Under the pieces are notes generated by a model that was not told the DNA's origin, made no database searches, and was given only the letters and a program-made list of their open reading frames with translations. Position numbers and translations under genes: made by a program. DNA of 64,000 nt from the NCBI GenBank assembly GCA_041670165.1, contig JBAXZR010000003.1, positions 1-64,000 on the forward strand, in the 5' to 3' direction. This DNA comes from Clostridia bacterium (GTDB lineage: Bacteria; Bacillota; Clostridia; Christensenellales; UBA1242). Shown one piece after another: positions 20,001 to 28,447 of this stretch; within the stretch, counting starts at the first letter, position 1; the number at the start of each line of letters is the position of its first letter.

Positions 20001-20455
20001 CAGAAAATCCATTAACGGTTTTTGTTTCTTCTGAAAGTTTGGTAACAAATGTTAGTTACGGAAATTCTGTAAGATATCTTTACAATGTTTCATCTCTGAT
20101 AAATGTTCACAACACCTTAGCTCCATCTGGAGAGTACTTTGAGGTGCAAGATATTGTTGTTGGAACGCATTATGAAGATGGAAGTTGGATTGAAGATTGG
20201 CAGTTTATCGAAGATGGTCCAGATGGATTATGTGATGACCAGTCATATATGAATGATGGTTTTGTTGATGAAGATACTGATGGATATGATGATAACAACG
20301 GAAGTACAGATATTGGTCATTGGGAAGACTGTGGATATTTTGAACAAATTGAGGTTGAAGATATTGAAAGTGCATACAAATATTTTGAACCTTCAACAAC
20401 TAATGGAGATTTTGAAACATGGTCAAAAGTAACAACTGATTATGGTCAATGGTAA
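17048..20455 (+). CDS. Large secreted/cell-surface protein with BspA-type leucine-rich repeats
   Basis: Signal peptide MKIRMKIASTIMSMCLALMVMGFAVWAAS. More than 10 repeated ~23-aa modules of the form ..SVTIP.SV..IG..AF.GC..LTSI.IP (BspA/TpLRR type). Acidic D/E-rich C-terminal tail. 1135 aa. Confidence 0.85.
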   Translation: MKIRMKIASTIMSMCLALMVMGFAVWAASTQTMPVTNTVDFTSIHVLSTVTGTVTGAKTDTFTNYGPVSTLAGDPEGKLGTWAIGSAMEFANETEPVVITLTVVNNSDERSLSFELSGESYGAFNGTNLGDTNIDRTCVYSIDNATPITNATYTSGAINVEALKTATIVMTLDISDNGKSVTAFDNSFSTTLRNIGESAPVEGFSFDTGSGEIATLSTSEPLLEENIPELFVEGQPAFYGLYSDSDFTQEIEFPYSGSSTIFAKFGNPTDMVFTDIGNNEYSVSKSGTPTGTLVIPKKYNWKSVTTIPNSAFYGCSEITNIIVPDSITSFGSTAFYGTTWLNNQPSGVVIYLGKVVYGALGSLNNTSVTIAEGTRVIAANAFFGKSTMTSVTIPESVISIGNDAFHGCYNLTSISIPGSAVYLGTNVLTGCSALTSLSAPFVAPYSATTNSYYKYYFGGTSYNSSITLPNISTVTITNDATDISDYAFWNISTMITANIPESVTTIGYSTFSNCSNLQNITFPNGLTTIGTTAFSSCLDLVNLVIPDSVTNIGNFAFNNTAWYNSKPNSTLIYAGKVAYKYKGSMPTNTNLTLIEGTKGIACSAFESFINLKSITINSTVEYIGELAFKGCTGLTGVTIPSSVSIIGGSAFEGCTGLTSVTTSEGLTKIGYMAFTGCSNITSISLPNTLTEIEGSAFQSCTKLSTITIASSISKVGSLAFNNTLWYTNQPDGMVYVGTVAYSYKGLMPASTTINLRSDTTCLTDNLFDNMGGLVAITLPETLTYIGTGAFDTCRNLTSITIPKNVSYIGITNFNFSENMTSISVDPLNTTYKSVDGVLYNFEVTQLIACPAGKTGTLTIPSTVKDILVFSVEYCEKLTSIVIPASVETIANMTVDNYHRGIGENSLLQSIIVDANNQYFKSIDGVLFNKLGTDLLYFPTAKAGSSYTIPDGVTKVEQQAFENVSFTELHIPASVTTFKAFEFDTPENPLTVFVSSESLVTNVSYGNSVRYLYNVSSLINVHNTLAPSGEYFEVQDIVVGTHYEDGSWIEDWQFIEDGPDGLCDDQSYMNDGFVDEDTDGYDDNNGSTDIGHWEDCGYFEQIEVEDIESAYKYFEPSTTNGDFETWSKVTTDYGQW

Positions 20456-20480
20456 TTATTAGATTTCAAAAAATTTTAAA

Positions 20481-20509
20481 AAAGCCATCTTATAATGATG
20501 GTTTTTTTT
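20481..20509 (+). terminator. Rho-independent terminator after the BspA-like gene
   Basis: gccatc-ttataat-gatggt hairpin followed by a T-run. Confidence 0.6.
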
Positions 20510-20761
20510 AAGATATTTTTAAAAATATATTATTCAAAGCAAAAAAAGTATATGGCTTTTTAAAAATCAATAGTTGACAAAGTTTAAATATTTTAGAAAT
20601 AAAAATATTGTAATTTTTGTCATAGTTTTATTTCGGGCTTCATATTGTATCTTGTGAAAAAAGCAAAATCGACAAAGGATAACAATTTATTTAGTTATTC
20701 GCTATAAAACATTTTGCTTTTAAACAAGGAAAAAACTTACACTCAAAAGGTGGTGGAAACA

Positions 20762-21532
20762 ATGCCATTTCTCGTTTTGAAATCTAAACAAATCATTTTT
20801 TCAATTATTGCTGTCCTAGTTTGTGTGTTGCTTGCAATGAACTCAACTGGAACTGCTTCAGCAGCTGTGTTTTTTGGATATGCACCGAAAAAAGTGCCTA
20901 TATACTGCGTTTCAACAGAAACAAAGCAAGTAGCAATTTCATTTGATGCGGCATGGGGGGCTGACAAAACTGATGACATCATGGTGACCCTTAAAGAATT
21001 TAATGCAGGAGCAACTTTTTTCCTAGTTGGATTTTGGGCTGATAAATATGGAGAAAAAGTAAAATCAATTGCTGACAATGGTTTTGAAATTGGAACTCAT
21101 TCCAACACGCACCCTGACATGACAAAAATCAGTGATGCTCAAAAATTGCTTGAACTTGAAGAAAGCATCAAGATTATTGAGGCAAATAGTGGCAAAAAAG
21201 TTGAATTATTCAGAGCTCCATATGGTGCTTATAACAATTCTCTTTTGAAAGTTGCAGAAGATTTAAGTTTAAAAACAATCCAATGGGATGTTGATAGTTT
21301 GGATTGGAAAGGACTTTCTGCAGAAAATATTGCCAATCGTGTTGTCTCAAATGCGAAAAATGGGTCAATAATTCTTTGTCATAACAATGCGGACAACATT
21401 GTTAAAGCATTACCTATCATTCTTGATAGATTAATCAAAAAGGGATTTTCAATTACTTCTGTTGGTAATTTGTTAATCAAAACAGATTATTCTGTTGATA
21501 GAACTGGTATGCAATTCAAAAAAAGTGCCTAA
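20762..21532 (+). CDS. Polysaccharide deacetylase (NodB-homology; peptidoglycan GlcNAc/MurNAc deacetylase-like)
   Basis: N-terminal TM/signal segment. NodB motifs FDAAWG..., THSNTHPDM, LFRAPYG. Start at 20762 after RBS aaggtgg; upstream ATG 20714 rejected. Confidence 0.85.
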   Translation: MPFLVLKSKQIIFSIIAVLVCVLLAMNSTGTASAAVFFGYAPKKVPIYCVSTETKQVAISFDAAWGADKTDDIMVTLKEFNAGATFFLVGFWADKYGEKVKSIADNGFEIGTHSNTHPDMTKISDAQKLLELEESIKIIEANSGKKVELFRAPYGAYNNSLLKVAEDLSLKTIQWDVDSLDWKGLSAENIANRVVSNAKNGSIILCHNNADNIVKALPIILDRLIKKGFSITSVGNLLIKTDYSVDRTGMQFKKSA

Positions 21533-21556
21533 ATTAACAAAAAATGGAGAAAAATT

Positions 21557-22243
21557 ATGAATTATGAACAGATGAACAACAACAAGGTTTACCTATATGG
21601 AAAAATTATGGGAAAACCAAATTTATCACATGAAGCTTATGGTGAAGGATTTTATGAACTTTCACTTGCAGTAAAAAGGCTTTCAGAACATTTTGATGTG
21701 ATTCCAATAACAGTAAGCGAAAAACTTATGTCTGGAAACAAGTTTGCTGATGGAAGTATGGTCGCAATTAAAGGGCAACTAAGATCTTATAACAAAATGA
21801 TTGATGGAAAAAGCAAACTTCTTTTAACTGTTTTTGTTAGAGAGCTTGTTGATCCAGTTGAAGATATGTGTCCAAATATAATTGAACTTTCTGGTTTTAT
21901 TTGCAAACCATCAATTTTTAGGGTTACTCCTTTTAAACGAGAAATTTGCGACATACTTATTGCAGTTAACAGAGCATACAACAAATCAGATTATCTTCCT
22001 TGCATAGCATGGGGAAGAAACGCCCGTTTTGTTCGTGATATATCAGTTGGCGAAAAAGTTCAAATTCTTGGAAGAATTCAAAGTAGGGATTATCAAAAGA
22101 AGCTTAATGATGGAAGTGTAAACACAAAAGTTGCTTTTGAAGTTTCAATTTCTCAAATTCAAAGCGAAGCAAAAAACATTGTTCCTTTTTCTGGAATCAA
22201 TCCAAGTGAAGCTAAACCAAACCCAGCAATTGCAGAAAGTTAA
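21557..22243 (+). CDS. SSB-like protein with two tandem OB folds (paralog of single-stranded DNA-binding protein)
   Basis: Two SSB-like halves. The second half, CIAWGRNARFVRDISVGEKVQILGRIQSRDYQKK..KVAFEVSISQIQ, parallels canonical SSB CVVWR..AE.V..YL.KGS.V.V.GRLQTR.YE..EG.....TEVV...VQFL. Confidence 0.6.
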   Translation: MNYEQMNNNKVYLYGKIMGKPNLSHEAYGEGFYELSLAVKRLSEHFDVIPITVSEKLMSGNKFADGSMVAIKGQLRSYNKMIDGKSKLLLTVFVRELVDPVEDMCPNIIELSGFICKPSIFRVTPFKREICDILIAVNRAYNKSDYLPCIAWGRNARFVRDISVGEKVQILGRIQSRDYQKKLNDGSVNTKVAFEVSISQIQSEAKNIVPFSGINPSEAKPNPAIAES

Positions 22244-22324
22244 AAACAATATAAAAATTTTATCAAGATAAAATATATTTTGAATTATTAAAAAAAATAA
22301 TCAGAGTGATAAAACCATAATAAG

Positions 22325-22353
22325 AACTCTTCTAATCTTTGAAGAGTTTTTTT
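22325..22353 (+). terminator. Rho-independent terminator
   Basis: aactcttc-taatcttt-gaagagtt hairpin followed by a T-run. Confidence 0.6.
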
Positions 22354-22437
22354 GTTTTGCCTTGAAAGAATTGACATTTATATCTCCAAAAGTTTATTAT
22401 TATGTTAGATTATTGTTAAAAAGTTTAAGGAGTAAAG

Positions 22438-23709
22438 ATGACTATTTTTGATATATTAGACAAAAAACGAAAAGGGTTTGAACTAAGTAGCGAAGAGATT
22501 CAGTATTTTGTTAATGGGTTTGTTGCTGGAAACATTGAAGAAGCTCAAATGAGTGCATTGTTAATGGCAATTTGCATTAATGGCATGAATAGAAAAGAAG
22601 TTTTGTGCTTAACTCAAACAATGGCTACAAGTGGAAATGTTATTAACTTGTCTTCGCTCTATGAAAATGGTGAAAATTTGTGCGTAGACAAGCACTCAAG
22701 TGGTGGCGTAAGTGACACAACCACATTTGTGATTGCAGGTATTCTTGCTTCTGCTGGCGTAAAAATGGTTAAAATGAGTGGCAAAAGTCTTGGTTTCACT
22801 GGTGGCACCGCTGACAAGGTTGCTTCATTCACAGGCTATCAAAATGAAAAGACAATTGATGAAGCAATTTATATTGCAAAAAAATGTAATGTTTCTTTGA
22901 TTACTCAATCAGTTTCAATTGTGCCTGCTGACAAAAAAATTTATTCTCTTAGGGACAGAACTGGAACGGTTCAAAGCATTCCACTTATTGCAAGCAGCAT
23001 TATGAGTAAAAAGATTGCGAGTGGCAGTGGAATTTTGCTTTTGGATGTTAAATGTGGCAATGGTGCTTTTATGGAAAATCTAAAAGAAGCTCAGTTACTT
23101 GCTGAAACAATGGTTAAACTTGGCAATGATGCTGGCATAAAAACAGCTGCATTTGTAACAGATATGAATGAACCACTTGGAGCAACAGTTGGAAACGTTT
23201 TGGAAGCAAGAGAAGCTGTTCAAATTTTAAAAAATGAGAAAGAAGGTAGATTAAAAGACTTATGCGTTGAAGAGAGTGCATGGCTAATCTCTGAGGCAAA
23301 GAAAATATCAATTGAACAAGCAAAGATAATTGCTTTTAATAACATTCAAAATGGCAAGGCATATTCTAGTTTTAAAAAAATTGTTGAAGCTCACTCTGGA
23401 ATCATTCCAGATTTCAAGGTTTCAGACTATGTTGTAAATGTGTTAAGTGATGAAAATGGATTTGTGAGTGAATTTAAAACAAGAAAAATTGGAGAACTAG
23501 CTAGATTTATTAATGAAAGCTGTTATAATGGGGGACTGGAATTTTTTGTTAAGCTTGGATCAAAAGTTAAAAAAGGTGATTTGCTAGCAAAAATTTACGT
23601 TTCTAAAGAATTAAATTCCACAAAAATTTCGGATGAACTAAAAGACTTAATTGTGATATCTTCAAAAACTAAAAAACACAAATTAATTTATAAAATAATT
23701 ACTAAATAA
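22438..23709 (+). CDS. pdp: Pyrimidine-nucleoside (thymidine) phosphorylase
   Basis: HSSGGVSDTTTF, SGKSLGFTGGTADK and glycosyltransferase family 3 domain. 423 aa. Confidence 0.88.
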   Translation: MTIFDILDKKRKGFELSSEEIQYFVNGFVAGNIEEAQMSALLMAICINGMNRKEVLCLTQTMATSGNVINLSSLYENGENLCVDKHSSGGVSDTTTFVIAGILASAGVKMVKMSGKSLGFTGGTADKVASFTGYQNEKTIDEAIYIAKKCNVSLITQSVSIVPADKKIYSLRDRTGTVQSIPLIASSIMSKKIASGSGILLLDVKCGNGAFMENLKEAQLLAETMVKLGNDAGIKTAAFVTDMNEPLGATVGNVLEAREAVQILKNEKEGRLKDLCVEESAWLISEAKKISIEQAKIIAFNNIQNGKAYSSFKKIVEAHSGIIPDFKVSDYVVNVLSDENGFVSEFKTRKIGELARFINESCYNGGLEFFVKLGSKVKKGDLLAKIYVSKELNSTKISDELKDLIVISSKTKKHKLIYKIITK

Positions 23710-23718
23710 TGGAGAAAA

Positions 23719-24162
23719 ATGACTACTGAATTTGTTTCATTAAGTGAAAAACAAACAATTACCTTTGCAAAAAACTTTGCAAAAAATTTGTTGTTGCCAT
23801 CAGTTATTAGCCTTGGCGGAGATCTTGGAAGTGGAAAAACTACATTTACTAAGGGACTTGCTCTTGGACTTGGAATAAAAGAAATTATAACAAGTCCAAC
23901 TTTCACAATTATGAATGAGTATGAAGGTGAAAAAGGAAATCTATACCATTTTGACATGTATAGACTTGGAAGCATTGAAGAAGCATATGAGCTTGGATTT
24001 GAAGAATATTTTTCTGAAAAAACAATGAAAGGCTTGGTTGTTTGTGAGTGGGCAAGCAATGTTTACGGAATTTTACCAAAACAAATAATAGAAATTGATA
24101 TTTCAAAAATTTCTGAAAATGAAAGAAAAATTGTTATTAAAATAGGTTTGGGGGAAAAGTGA
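23719..24162 (+). CDS. tsaE: tRNA t6A37 biosynthesis ATPase TsaE (YjeE)
   Basis: Walker A GDLGSGKTTFTKG. 147 aa. Confidence 0.85.
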   Translation: MTTEFVSLSEKQTITFAKNFAKNLLLPSVISLGGDLGSGKTTFTKGLALGLGIKEIITSPTFTIMNEYEGEKGNLYHFDMYRLGSIEEAYELGFEEYFSEKTMKGLVVCEWASNVYGILPKQIIEIDISKISENERKIVIKIGLGEK

Positions 24163-25256
24163 AAAATATTTTGTGCATATGTTCCGCTTTTAAAAATAGT
24201 TTGATTGCTTGTTCTTTAAATGGAAAGGAATTTTTTGCTCAGTACAATTCTGATGCTTCTTGTTCTGAAACAATGCTCGTAAATGTTAATGATATATTAA
24301 AAAAAGCAGAAATTTCACTTGAAGAAATTGATGAAATTGCAGTTGTTGTTGGCCCTGGAAGTTTTACGGGAATTAGAATTGCATTAGCACTTGTAAAAGG
24401 CTTTTCTCTTGCACTAAATAAAATTAGGTTTATTGCTGTTAGCAGTTTAAAACTTCTTGCGTTTTCAGAAAGACAAAAATCAAGATGCAATGATATCCTT
24501 GCGATTATGGACGGACTATCAGGTCATTATTTTGTTTGTGAATATCATAATGGTGAATTTTCAGTTGAACAATGCATATGTGAAGATAAATTCTTATCTT
24601 TATTAAGCACAAACAAAAATTCAGTATTTATTGAAGGGGAAACAGAAGTAAAGGATTCAAAAGCAGTTAAAATTACTCCAAAAGATTTGCTTGATTTTTC
24701 TTTATATTTATCAAGCAAAGGTTATTTAATAAGTCAAAATGAGCTTTTGCCAAATTATTTAAGATTGAGCCAAGCTGAAGAGAGTTTGCTTGAATCAAAA
24801 AAACAAAAGCAAGATTTTTACTCTATTAATGAAATGACAGAAGCAGATATTGATGATGTTTATTCAATTTCATTTGAAGCATTTAATCTTGAAAGCGCAA
24901 GTAAAAACATGATTAGGGATGAATTTCATAGCGAATTTAAAAAATTTTTTGTTGCTAAAGAAAACAAAGAAGTTATTGGTTTTTTAACATTTATGCTTCT
25001 TTCTGGTGAAGTGGAACTACTTGACATTGCAGTTAAAAAAGGATATCAAGATAAAGGTATTGGTTCAAAACTTTTAGAACATTTAATTTCATTTTGCAAA
25101 GCAAATAACATTAAAAATATATTTTTGGAAGTTAATGTAAACAATAAAAAAGCAATCACATTATATAAAAAATATGATTTTAAACAAGTGTCCATTAGAA
25201 AAAAATATTATAGGAACTTGGACGACGCATTGATTTTGAAAAAAGATATTTTATGA
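24159..25256 (+). CDS. tsaB: TsaB (YeaZ)-RimI fusion: t6A threonylcarbamoyl-transfer subunit fused to a ribosomal-protein-alanine N-acetyltransferase (GNAT) domain
   Basis: N-terminal half is YeaZ-like (VVVGPGSFTGIRIALALVKG). C-terminal half is GNAT (Q/R-x-x-G-x-G/A motif YQDKGIGSKLL). GTG start overlaps the tsaE TGA. Confidence 0.75.
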   Translation: MKNILCICSAFKNSLIACSLNGKEFFAQYNSDASCSETMLVNVNDILKKAEISLEEIDEIAVVVGPGSFTGIRIALALVKGFSLALNKIRFIAVSSLKLLAFSERQKSRCNDILAIMDGLSGHYFVCEYHNGEFSVEQCICEDKFLSLLSTNKNSVFIEGETEVKDSKAVKITPKDLLDFSLYLSSKGYLISQNELLPNYLRLSQAEESLLESKKQKQDFYSINEMTEADIDDVYSISFEAFNLESASKNMIRDEFHSEFKKFFVAKENKEVIGFLTFMLLSGEVELLDIAVKKGYQDKGIGSKLLEHLISFCKANNIKNIFLEVNVNNKKAITLYKKYDFKQVSIRKKYYRNLDDALILKKDIL

Positions 25257-25295
25257 TTTATCACAAAGTATTTTGCTTAAAGAATATATTTTTAA

Positions 25296-26021
25296 GTGAT
25301 AGAAAAAATTTTTGGTGCTGAAACTTGGTTTAACATTATTGGCACTGGCGATAAATGGCTTGTTTTTTTGCATGGATGGGGAACAAATTCAAATTGCTTT
25401 TCTGAGTATGTAAACACTTTTAAAGATGATTTCAAAATTCTACTTATAGATTTTCCTCCATTTGGAAAAAGCAAGGAACCAACTGAGCCTTGGACTCTTA
25501 ATGCCTATGTGGAAATGGTAAAAAAAATTTTTGACAAGTGTTATGTTGACAATCCGACAATAGTTGCACATTCTTTTGGTGGAAGAGTTGCAATTTTGTT
25601 AGCTAGTAGATATAATAACATTCATAAACTTGTTTTATTTGGTAGTGCTGGTCTTAAACCAAAATTTGATTTTAAAGTTTTTGCTAAAAAATGTGTTTCA
25701 AAGATTTGCCATTTTTTCAAGATTAAGTCGCCAAAATGGCTTGGTTCAGCAGATTACAAAGTTCTTTCACAAGTTATGAAAAAAACATTTTCTAGTGTTG
25801 TTTTAACACATCTTGATGGCAATTGCAAATTAGTTACTTGTCCAACACTTTTAATTTGGGGTCAAAAAGATGATGCAACGCCACTAGAAATGGGAAAAAG
25901 AATGAATAAGCTTATATCTTCAAGCGGACTATTTGTCATTAAAAATGCTGGTCATTTTGCCTTTATAACTCATTCACAAATATTTATTAATGCTCTTAAG
26001 TGTTTTGTTAGCAAAGATTAA
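25296..26021 (+). CDS. Alpha/beta-fold hydrolase
   Basis: HGWGTN oxyanion region and nucleophile elbow AHSFGG. GTG start with weak RBS; start uncertain. Confidence 0.7.
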   Translation: MIEKIFGAETWFNIIGTGDKWLVFLHGWGTNSNCFSEYVNTFKDDFKILLIDFPPFGKSKEPTEPWTLNAYVEMVKKIFDKCYVDNPTIVAHSFGGRVAILLASRYNNIHKLVLFGSAGLKPKFDFKVFAKKCVSKICHFFKIKSPKWLGSADYKVLSQVMKKTFSSVVLTHLDGNCKLVTCPTLLIWGQKDDATPLEMGKRMNKLISSSGLFVIKNAGHFAFITHSQIFINALKCFVSKD

Positions 26022-26035
26022 ATCAGGAGTAATAT

Positions 26036-27670
26036 ATGGAATTTTTTAGTTTGTCAAATCCACATTTATTTATTGCATTAATCCTATCCGTTTTCAATGG
26101 AGTGTTAATGTGCTTTGCTGGCTACAAATTTTTGCAAATGATTCAACTATCATCTTATAAGCTCTCAGGTTATTTTTTGTGGCTTAAATCTGACAGAGCC
26201 AAATTTGCTTCAAGACTTTTTATGCTTTCATTTCTCTCTAGTGCTTGTATTCTTGTTACAAATGCACTTTTTAGTGCTTATAAAGAAAATCAATATTTTT
26301 CTTATATTGGCATAATTTTCTATTTTTATTTTACAATTGTTTTTACAAAAAAAATGTATGAAGCTCCAAAAAAAGTTCCACTTAAGCAAACTCGTAGAAT
26401 GAGTAGACTTTGTGTAATGCTTTTTTTAGCAATCAGTGTTATTTCTTTTTACTTAATTGCATTTTCAAGCATAATTTTGCCATTATACAAGTTTGGTAGC
26501 ATTTGTTTAACTCCGCTTTTATTAATTATTCTTGTTCCGATTGTACATTTAATCATGGTACCGTTTGAAAACCTTAATCATGCTAGATATATATGCAAAG
26601 CAAAAAATAAATTAAAGAAACTACCAAATTTAATCAAAATTGGAATCACAGGAAGCTATGGTAAAACTAGTTGTAAAAACATTTTAAATGTCATACTTTC
26701 TCAAAAATATCAGGTTTGTATAAGCCCACATAGTTTCAACACTCCAATGGGTCTTACAAAAGTTGTCCTTGACTATCTTAAACCCAATCATGAAGTTCTT
26801 ATTGCAGAAATGGGTGCAAGACAAAGGGGAGAAATTGCAACTCTATGTAAATTAATCAATCCACAGCATGGAATTTTAACTTCAGTTGGTACTCAACATT
26901 TATTGTCTTTTGGAAGCGAAGAAAACATTGCACAAGGCAAGTTTGAATTAATTGAGTCTTTGCCAAATCAAGGAAAGGCAGTTTTCAACATGGACAATGA
27001 AAAATCAATGCCATTATTTGAAAAATGCACCAATCAAAAATTTTTAGTTAGTCTTGAAAATCCTAAAGCAAACTGTTATGCAAAAAATGTTATTGTGAAC
27101 AATGAGGGTAGCAATTTTACTTTGGTTATTGGTGAAGAAGAAAAGCAATGCAAAACTTCCTTACTTGGAAAGCACAATCTTTTAAACATTTTGCTTTGTT
27201 CTTGTTTTGCTAGACAACTTGGTTTAGAAATGGAACAAATTGCGAATGCAATTTCTCTTCTAAAGCCAGTTGCACATAGACTCGAATTGATTAAACAAAA
27301 TGAATTAATTATTTTAGATGATTCATATAATGCAAGCGTTGAAGGAGTCAAGGCAGCACTTGAAGTTTTAAATAGTTTTGATTCTAAAAATAAAATTGTT
27401 GTAACTCCTGGGCTTATTGAACTTGGAATTCTTGAAGAAATTGAAAATGAAAATTTTGGTAAGCAAATAGCTAAGGTTGCTTCAAAAGTTATTGTTGTAA
27501 ACAAAACTAATTTATCTTCAATTAAAAAAGGATTAATTTCAGCTGAATTTGATGAAAATAATATTTTCGAAGCAGAAACACTAGATCATGCACAAATCAT
27601 TTTATCAAGCATTGCTGAGCCAAAGAGTGTAATTCTTTTTGAGAATGATTTGCCAGATAATTACATATAA
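26036..27670 (+). CDS. murF: UDP-MurNAc-tripeptide--D-Ala-D-Ala ligase MurF catalytic core fused to an N-terminal ~185-aa five-helix transmembrane domain
   Basis: GITGSYGKTSCK, NTPMGL, AEMGARQRGEIA, NMDNE, GKHNLLN, LDDSYNAS all align with MurF. Residues 1-185 are hydrophobic helices replacing the usual MurF N-terminal domain. Confidence 0.75.
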   Translation: MEFFSLSNPHLFIALILSVFNGVLMCFAGYKFLQMIQLSSYKLSGYFLWLKSDRAKFASRLFMLSFLSSACILVTNALFSAYKENQYFSYIGIIFYFYFTIVFTKKMYEAPKKVPLKQTRRMSRLCVMLFLAISVISFYLIAFSSIILPLYKFGSICLTPLLLIILVPIVHLIMVPFENLNHARYICKAKNKLKKLPNLIKIGITGSYGKTSCKNILNVILSQKYQVCISPHSFNTPMGLTKVVLDYLKPNHEVLIAEMGARQRGEIATLCKLINPQHGILTSVGTQHLLSFGSEENIAQGKFELIESLPNQGKAVFNMDNEKSMPLFEKCTNQKFLVSLENPKANCYAKNVIVNNEGSNFTLVIGEEEKQCKTSLLGKHNLLNILLCSCFARQLGLEMEQIANAISLLKPVAHRLELIKQNELIILDDSYNASVEGVKAALEVLNSFDSKNKIVVTPGLIELGILEEIENENFGKQIAKVASKVIVVNKTNLSSIKKGLISAEFDENNIFEAETLDHAQIILSSIAEPKSVILFENDLPDNYI

Positions 27671-27790
27671 ATTTTGTTTGGTCTTTATAAGTTTTATGAT
27701 TAAATTTTGTAGTATAAAATTATTAAACTATTTTCAAGCTAGAAAACGGGTGATTTTTATAAAAAATATTGTAAAAAAATCAATTATTTG

Positions 27791-27819
27791 TTGCATAGAA
27801 AAATAAATAATGTTATAGT
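27791..27819 (+). promoter_or_regulatory. Putative sigma-A promoter for nfeD-floT (TTGCAT-17-TGtTATAGT)
   Basis: Hexamers read directly ~20 nt upstream of the nfeD RBS. Confidence 0.45.
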
Positions 27820-27840
27820 ATGAAAAATCTAGGAGGGCAC

Positions 27841-28422
27841 ATGGAAGTTTGGTGGATTGCCTTGTCAACTTATGCAAAAGCTTGTTTTATTATTGCATGT
27901 TCAGGCACACTTTTGATGCTTTTGCAATTAATTTTGTTGTTAGTTGGTTGGGGACATGATGGCGATGCAGATTTGAATGTTGATGACGGAGTTGGTTCTT
28001 CAATTGTTGATATTGGAGGTTTAAAAGTCTTTACAATCAGGGGAGCTATTGTCTTTCTTGCTGTTGGTGGTTGGGTTGCATTTGTTGCAAAAGATTTGCC
28101 AATTTGGGCATCAATTTTGCTTGGTTTAGTTATGGGAGCAGCTTCAGCAGTTTTGCTTGCTTATGCATTTAAAATTGTTAACAAACTTCAAGATGAAGGA
28201 AATGTTAAAGCTGAATTTGCTGTTGGAAAAAAAGCAACTGTATATTTAACAGTTCCTGCTGCAAACAAAGGTTCTGGAAAAATTAACTTAATTGTTCAAG
28301 AAAGATTGGTTGAATTTACAGCTGTTACAGAAAGTAAAACTCCATTCAAAACTGGTGAAGTGGTTCTGGTTTCAGGTTTAAATGCTTCTGGTGAATTAAT
28401 TGTTGAAAAAATTAAAGAATGA
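27841..28422 (+). CDS. NfeD-family membrane protein (YuaF-like) with a C-terminal OB domain, flotillin partner
   Basis: TM helices followed by a beta-rich C-terminus. RBS aggaggg before ATG 27841. Immediately upstream of flotillin. Confidence 0.75.
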   Translation: MEVWWIALSTYAKACFIIACSGTLLMLLQLILLLVGWGHDGDADLNVDDGVGSSIVDIGGLKVFTIRGAIVFLAVGGWVAFVAKDLPIWASILLGLVMGAASAVLLAYAFKIVNKLQDEGNVKAEFAVGKKATVYLTVPAANKGSGKINLIVQERLVEFTAVTESKTPFKTGEVVLVSGLNASGELIVEKIKE

Positions 28423-28447
28423 AAATTAGAAAATTTAAGGAGAAAAT

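Noticed and set aside
20714-20761. Upstream in-frame starts for several genes (20714 deacetylase, 27820 nfeD, 30006 rdgB, 34976 minD, 37170, 38639 rSAM, 43881, 51571, 59038 asnB)
   Set aside because: In each case a downstream ATG has a well-placed Shine-Dalgarno and gives the family-typical N-terminus. The upstream codons lack an RBS or overlap the preceding gene or terminator.
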